Of a DNA stretch of 20,607 bases, positions 15,995 to 20,607 are shown in pieces (the stretch's first letter is position 1; every line of letters begins with the position of its first letter). Where the stretch lies: contig JBDRFY010000022.1 in assembly GCA_043818275.1 (NCBI GenBank), forward strand, positions 1-20,607, in the 5' to 3' direction. A program made the position numbers and the translations under genes. Source of the stretch: a bacterium. Lineage in GTDB: Bacteria > Babelota > Babeliae > Babelales > JAUWHS01. Below the pieces are notes generated by a model. The model was not told the origin of the DNA and did not search any database. It was given only the letters and a program-made list of their open reading frames with translations.

Positions 15995-18900
15995 ATGGCT
16001 AATAAACGTCTAAGATATTTGACATTTGTCCTGTGTTTTTCCATGTTGGGATTAAACGCGGTACAAAGAGTTGATTGGAACGCTGCGGGAATAACAACTG
16101 TTGCTACGGCAAATAGTTTTTATGCTGATGCTAGCGGAACAAACGAAGTTTACATTGCTGATACAGTTACGTTTCAAAATAACGCATGGATTGATGCGTC
16201 TGCTGGCGATGTAAATGTTTTTATCGGTGAAAGATATAACGGCGGTGCCTACAATCAGGTTGGACTTGCGGTGTTGCAACCAAATTTAAATGTTGGTGGT
16301 AACCTGATTTTCCATGCGCCAACAAACAGAAAAATTGATATCTGGATTCCAGCAACATACACGTTGCAATCTCAATCAAATACCCTTGATATGAACATCA
16401 CATTTTCTGGTGATGGTCAGACAAAATTCCACATTGGTGGTATGGATGCGGATATAACATCTGCTCTTTATGGATGGGGAACAGTTAACTTCTTCGCCAC
16501 ACATATCTGGGTAACAATGGATCAAACCCAAGCTCAGGCAGAAACAAATCATGAAAATAAACTTGTATTCCAGAGGGGTTGTTATCTTGGTTCCCATGTT
16601 TGGGAAAATATGGATCACGATGCCGGAGACTATGATTCAACAACAAGTGGTTGGCCGGTAGTTATTGAACTTCGGGAAAATTCTGATTTCCTGTTTGTTT
16701 CTCCGGAAGATAACAGCGCGCCTATTTATGTTCCTTTAAGTGATGCTGCTGTTGCTTTTGATCCTTCAAACGCAGGCAAAGGTCCATTTGAATTCTTGCT
16801 TTCTGACAGTTCAGGATTTGTAATCGCTGGTCATTGGATGGATCCAACAAACTTTTTACAACCAACATTAACACCAACAGCTGCAGTTGATATGCGTTAC
16901 GCTGCCGGACACAACGCGATTGTAAGAACAATAGATGATCTGGCTGCCGCGGCATTAATTGGTTATACTCCTTCAGCGGCAACAAGAAGAGGATTATTAA
17001 TAATTAACGAAAATGAACAACCACCACTTCTTTATTCAGATCCATATTCATTTATTGATCTTGGCAAATCATCTGTATTTAGTTTCCCGTGGCCTAACTA
17101 TAGAAAAGGTTTCATTCTTGGGTTAAACGGTACATTTGATGTTTACAACAACCGTTTTGTTCATTACATGTCGCACCCTGAAGAAAATCTTCCAGCTTAT
17201 GACGCACAGGCTGCTGCTGGAATAACAGCAACTTTTGGTGTAAACCCATTAATTTATCTTAAAAAGAAAAATCCTTCAGCATTTATTGTTGATGGATTAA
17301 ATCAGTTTACAGTTGAATGGTATGGTGTTGGTATTACTCCTTATCCATTCCCATTTGAAAACTACGATGCTCAAATGTTGTTCCGTGGTGATGGAAGTTT
17401 ACACATGGCTTCGGCAGTAGGTGTTGGAAGAAATGAATATCCATTCGGATTCCCATTTGATTTTTATCCTGATACAGATCTTAACTATTTCTTCTCAGGA
17501 ATTTCCGGTGGAAATAATATGTTAGCTCCAAATGCTGTGCCAAATGCTATTTATAATGGCGACTGGGTAGCGTTATCAACTTCTTTGACAATGTCTGGAG
17601 AAGGAGTTCATGTTCTTGATGTTGAAGGTGAATTAAAAGCTATGAGCAGTACTGATTCGCCAAATATCGGAGCTGTTGCAAAAGCTGGTGTAGTTAATGT
17701 CGCGCCAATTTCGCTTGATTATAAAGGTGTGGAAGCAGAATATTTATGGAATGCATTTACCGCAAGATATGATGTTTCAGGTATTGCAAGACCATTAGTT
17801 TTGGCCAGCATGGTACCTGTTTACAGATCTTCTTCTATGCTTTTCAATGATGTCGCGAGTTTCTATGATATTGAAATAAAACATAATGATGTATTAAAAA
17901 GAGTTATAGATCGTCCAGTTTATTGCGAACCAGGTATTGTTGGCGGTGACCGTAAAACATACTGGGAAGGACTTCTTGGTTATGGAACAAGCAGCTGGCC
18001 TCCAGTTGAATTCCCTGAATTAAGACTTTATAACTCGACTCTTTCTCTGCATGAATCATTATCTCCATCCGGAGTAAGATTTGTTGTAAAACAAAATTAT
18101 GAAACAAGTGTTGCTGCTTCTGGTCAGGATAACTACTCAACCATATTATTTTACAACCATGGCGATGATCATGATATGCAATGGAGAGGTTTTGCCCGCG
18201 CGTTTGTTTTGGGAAATCCACACAACTACATGGCGGATAATTTACCAAACAGAGTAACTGAATCCTGTTATTTTGATATTTTCAGATCAAGAAATCTTCC
18301 TATTGATGGCTTTGGAAATCCTATTGATACAGAAATTTACCTTGGATTATCTCAGGAAGATGAAGTCAATATCAGAAATATGGGAGACAAGAGAGCGGGA
18401 ACACATTTGTTCTTGTTTACTCAGGGACCTGTTGGTAGATCCTGCATGTCTCTTGGTTCAACTTCCACAAGAGGTTATGACGAAGCAGCCTTGGCAGATA
18501 TTCCTACTGGTTATTCTGCGTGGAGAAAACAATGGTATCCAATGCCATGGACTCCTTATGAATATGTAAGTTTAATTGCTCCAAAACCAAGTAATGCCGG
18601 TGTTGATATTGACGTCAGTGATGTAGTAAAAGGTTTGCCAATAAATCACGCAACATCTGTAAGTCCTGCGACTTTATCAATTGATGGTGATATCAGTTAT
18701 CCATGGTACCAGGACACCTGGATTTACTTTGGCGCAAGAAAATATAATTACTTTGTAGCAGATGCTGATCAGCCATATTGGGCAAGAGACTGGAAAGCTA
18801 TTGAAGATCCATATAAAGTCCGCTTCCCTGTAATTTATCCATACGCAAGTCCTGTTCTTTATGTAAATCATGGCGGAGAAGTACGCATTATATATTATGA

Positions 18901-20607
18901 AGATTGTATTTTTGATACAGTAATCGCAACACGTCTCTGGTATGATTATCTGAGTACAAACTGGCAATCAACACCGCAAGATCAGAGATATACGATTCTT
19001 TCCGGAATTGTAAACATTCCTCATGATCAGATATTATTTACAGAAGTTGGAAGCGTACAACCTTATGGTTATCAGGAAGCAATTACTGAAGCTTCCGCGC
19101 AAACAGGCGGAATGGTAAGACTGGTTGGTTATAATACAGATAGAAGTTTATTGTTTGATCAAGCCTCAAATGAAGAATTGACAATTGACTGGGCACACAG
19201 ACCTGTAGATTATAATCAGGCTCCAATCAAAAAACTGCCAACACGCAAATTTGCAAGAGGTGCTGTTGTAACCAGGGCAACAAATCCGGCAGAAGGGCCA
19301 CAGGATATGCCTGCGGATTTATTATATGTTGGCCAGGGTGATCATATTACACAGCTTCGTGTTGCCGGATCAACAATGGCAGATCCATTCCACATTTTTG
19401 TAACCGGTGATGAAAACGCGAATCCATTCGCGGGAATAATTGATGAAATTGTTTCTGTAAAAACCAAAAATCTTGAAACATTACCAATGTTCTGGGATTA
19501 TTATGCTCTTGAAGCTAGCATTAATTATCAACAACCAACTTATGGTTCAATTCCTGGTGAAGGTGGACATGGCGTAATTATTCTTTCCGGTTCAGGACGT
19601 GTTGGTCTTGGAAACAGAAACTGGAATGAACATTCTGTTAACGCGTGGAACAAACTTGGACGTGATTATGTAACAATCGTTCCATTCGGTGACGGTTATA
19701 TTACTTTAAATGATGATTTACTTGTCGCGGATCCATTGGCAATAATTCCAGCTAAAGGATTTGGTGAAGTAAGAAGTGAAGGTGTTTTGGTTGAAGGTTC
19801 ATCCCAACGTCTGACTTTCTATTCTGAAAATGATCATGAAATTATTGTTCCTGAATTTGGTATGCTTGACCTTCGCGCATTCGGAAGAAGAACAAACGTA
19901 GAAGAGACAACAGCTATCCGTCAGGAAATCGCTTTTGGCGGAAAAACAAAACTTGTTCTTAAACGCGGCGCGACAATCAGATTCCCTCATTATGTAGATG
20001 ACGGTGTAACAGTTGTTCTTTACTTTAATGATGAATCACAATTAGTATTTGACGGTTCAGGAGAATATGGCAAAAACAGATTTACCAATTTTGCCGATGC
20101 GGATGCAAAGAAAATCAAATTGATGGGTAAAGGTCAAATCTGGGGAAATAAAGACGCCAAAATCATCGTTGATAATGACGCCTGGGTTGCTGTCAGATCC
20201 GATTATCAAAATCCTGATACCGATCTTACAATTAGTCTTCAACGTCAAGGTTCAATGGAACTCGGAACAGATCAGATAGCCGGCGGTGGATTTGAAATTG
20301 GAAATATATACAATAGTTACAGTGCTTATTCAGTCAAATTTGCTTTAGCTCTCAACGGACCATACTCCGAATTCCATATCGATCGTGAAGGATTCCTTGG
20401 ATTTGGTGTTGGAATTATAAATAAATCCGACAATCCAAATGGCGACGCTTCTGCCGCATTAAATCCATCCGGATATGTTCCAGCAACTGGTCTTTATACC
20501 TTTAATCCTGATGTTCTTAACTCCTGGCAGATTGCTCCTCTTTTTGATGTAACAAATATTACAGTTGATTTGACAAGAGGCGCTTTTGACCACAGCAATA
20601 TTTTTGA
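15995..20607 (+). CDS. Very large secreted or surface protein, >1537 aa, 3'-partial
   Basis: AGGAGAGAAAGG RBS, then MANKRLRYLTFVLCFSMLGLNA-VQRVDW (Sec signal peptide with L-N-A cleavage). The segments I translated are open, including the last line. The ORF track lists nothing in this frame, consistent with no stop before the edge. Confidence 0.92.
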   Translation, partial: MANKRLRYLTFVLCFSMLGLNAVQRVDWNAAGITTVATANSFYADASGTNEVYIADTVTFQNNAWIDASAGDVNVFIGERYNGGAYNQVGLAVLQPNLNVGGNLIFHAPTNRKIDIWIPATYTLQSQSNTLDMNITFSGDGQTKFHIGGMDADITSALYGWGTVNFFATHIWVTMDQTQAQAETNHENKLVFQRGCYLGSHVWENMDHDAGDYDSTTSGWPVVIELRENSDFLFVSPEDNSAPIYVPLSDAAVAFDPSNAGKGPFEFLLSDSSGFVIAGHWMDPTNFLQPTLTPTAAVDMRYAAGHNAIVRTIDDLAAAALIGYTPSAATRRGLLIINENEQPPLLYSDPYSFIDLGKSSVFSFPWPNYRKGFILGLNGTFDVYNNRFVHYMSHPEENLPAYDAQAAAGITATFGVNPLIYLKKKNPSAFIVDGLNQFTVEWYGVGITPYPFPFENYDAQMLFRGDGSLHMASAVGVGRNEYPFGFPFDFYPDTDLNYFFSGISGGNNMLAPNAVPNAIYNGDWVALSTSLTMSGEGVHVLDVEGELKAMSSTDSPNIGAVAKAGVVNVAPISLDYKGVEAEYLWNAFTARYDVSGIARPLVLASMVPVYRSSSMLFNDVASFYDIEIKHNDVLKRVIDRPVYCEPGIVGGDRKTYWEGLLGYGTSSWPPVEFPELRLYNSTLSLHESLSPSGVRFVVKQNYETSVAASGQDNYSTILFYNHGDDHDMQWRGFARAFVLGNPHNYMADNLPNRVTESCYFDIFRSRNLPIDGFGNPIDTEIYLGLSQEDEVNIRNMGDKRAGTHLFLFTQGPVGRSCMSLGSTSTRGYDEAALADIPTGYSAWRKQWYPMPWTPYEYVSLIAPKPSNAGVDIDVSDVVKGLPINHATSVSPATLSIDGDISYPWYQDTWIYFGARKYNYFVADADQPYWARDWKAIEDPYKVRFPVIYPYASPVLYVNHGGEVRIIYYEDCIFDTVIATRLWYDYLSTNWQSTPQDQRYTILSGIVNIPHDQILFTEVGSVQPYGYQEAITEASAQTGGMVRLVGYNTDRSLLFDQASNEELTIDWAHRPVDYNQAPIKKLPTRKFARGAVVTRATNPAEGPQDMPADLLYVGQGDHITQLRVAGSTMADPFHIFVTGDENANPFAGIIDEIVSVKTKNLETLPMFWDYYALEASINYQQPTYGSIPGEGGHGVIILSGSGRVGLGNRNWNEHSVNAWNKLGRDYVTIVPFGDGYITLNDDLLVADPLAIIPAKGFGEVRSEGVLVEGSSQRLTFYSENDHEIIVPEFGMLDLRAFGRRTNVEETTAIRQEIAFGGKTKLVLKRGATIRFPHYVDDGVTVVLYFNDESQLVFDGSGEYGKNRFTNFADADAKKIKLMGKGQIWGNKDAKIIVDNDAWVAVRSDYQNPDTDLTISLQRQGSMELGTDQIAGGGFEIGNIYNSYSAYSVKFALALNGPYSEFHIDREGFLGFGVGIINKSDNPNGDASAALNPSGYVPATGLYTFNPDVLNSWQIAPLFDVTNITVDLTRGAFDHSNIF

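Noticed and set aside
17384..17392. RGD tripeptide in the giant protein
   Set aside because: One occurrence in >1500 Gly/Asp-rich residues is plausible by chance, and it sits in a beta-turn-like FRGDG context.
16052..20248. Short ORFs on the minus strand or in alternate frames over the right end
   Set aside because: They are shadows of the giant plus-strand CDS starting at 15995.

Overview
AT-rich bacterial chromosome segment, standard genetic code. The gene content fits a reduced, host-associated diderm. Dependentiae/Babelota (TM6) is my best guess, inferred from the ankyrin protein, kdsC/lptC and a giant secreted protein. Housekeeping and envelope genes: pheT-lspA-pgpA-like-comF (+); HAD-kdsC-lptC (-); membrane protein-uppS-hicB (+); an MNT/HEPN toxin-antitoxin pair (-); gpsA (+); degT-tmk-holB-comEC-like (-). 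The ORF track misses two genes: a >1537-aa signal-peptide protein that runs off the right edge (15995 onward) and a truncated second hicB (13504-13626). The most unusual structure is a layered repeat system. Two ~400-bp MITE-like elements with terminal inverted repeats and target-site duplications carry nested palindromes and share a 37-bp sub-element. One of them rewrote the stop codon of the comEC-like gene. A separate small repeat family sits twice in-frame inside pheT. The ankyrin protein ends in a match to the bipartite nuclear localisation signal consensus.
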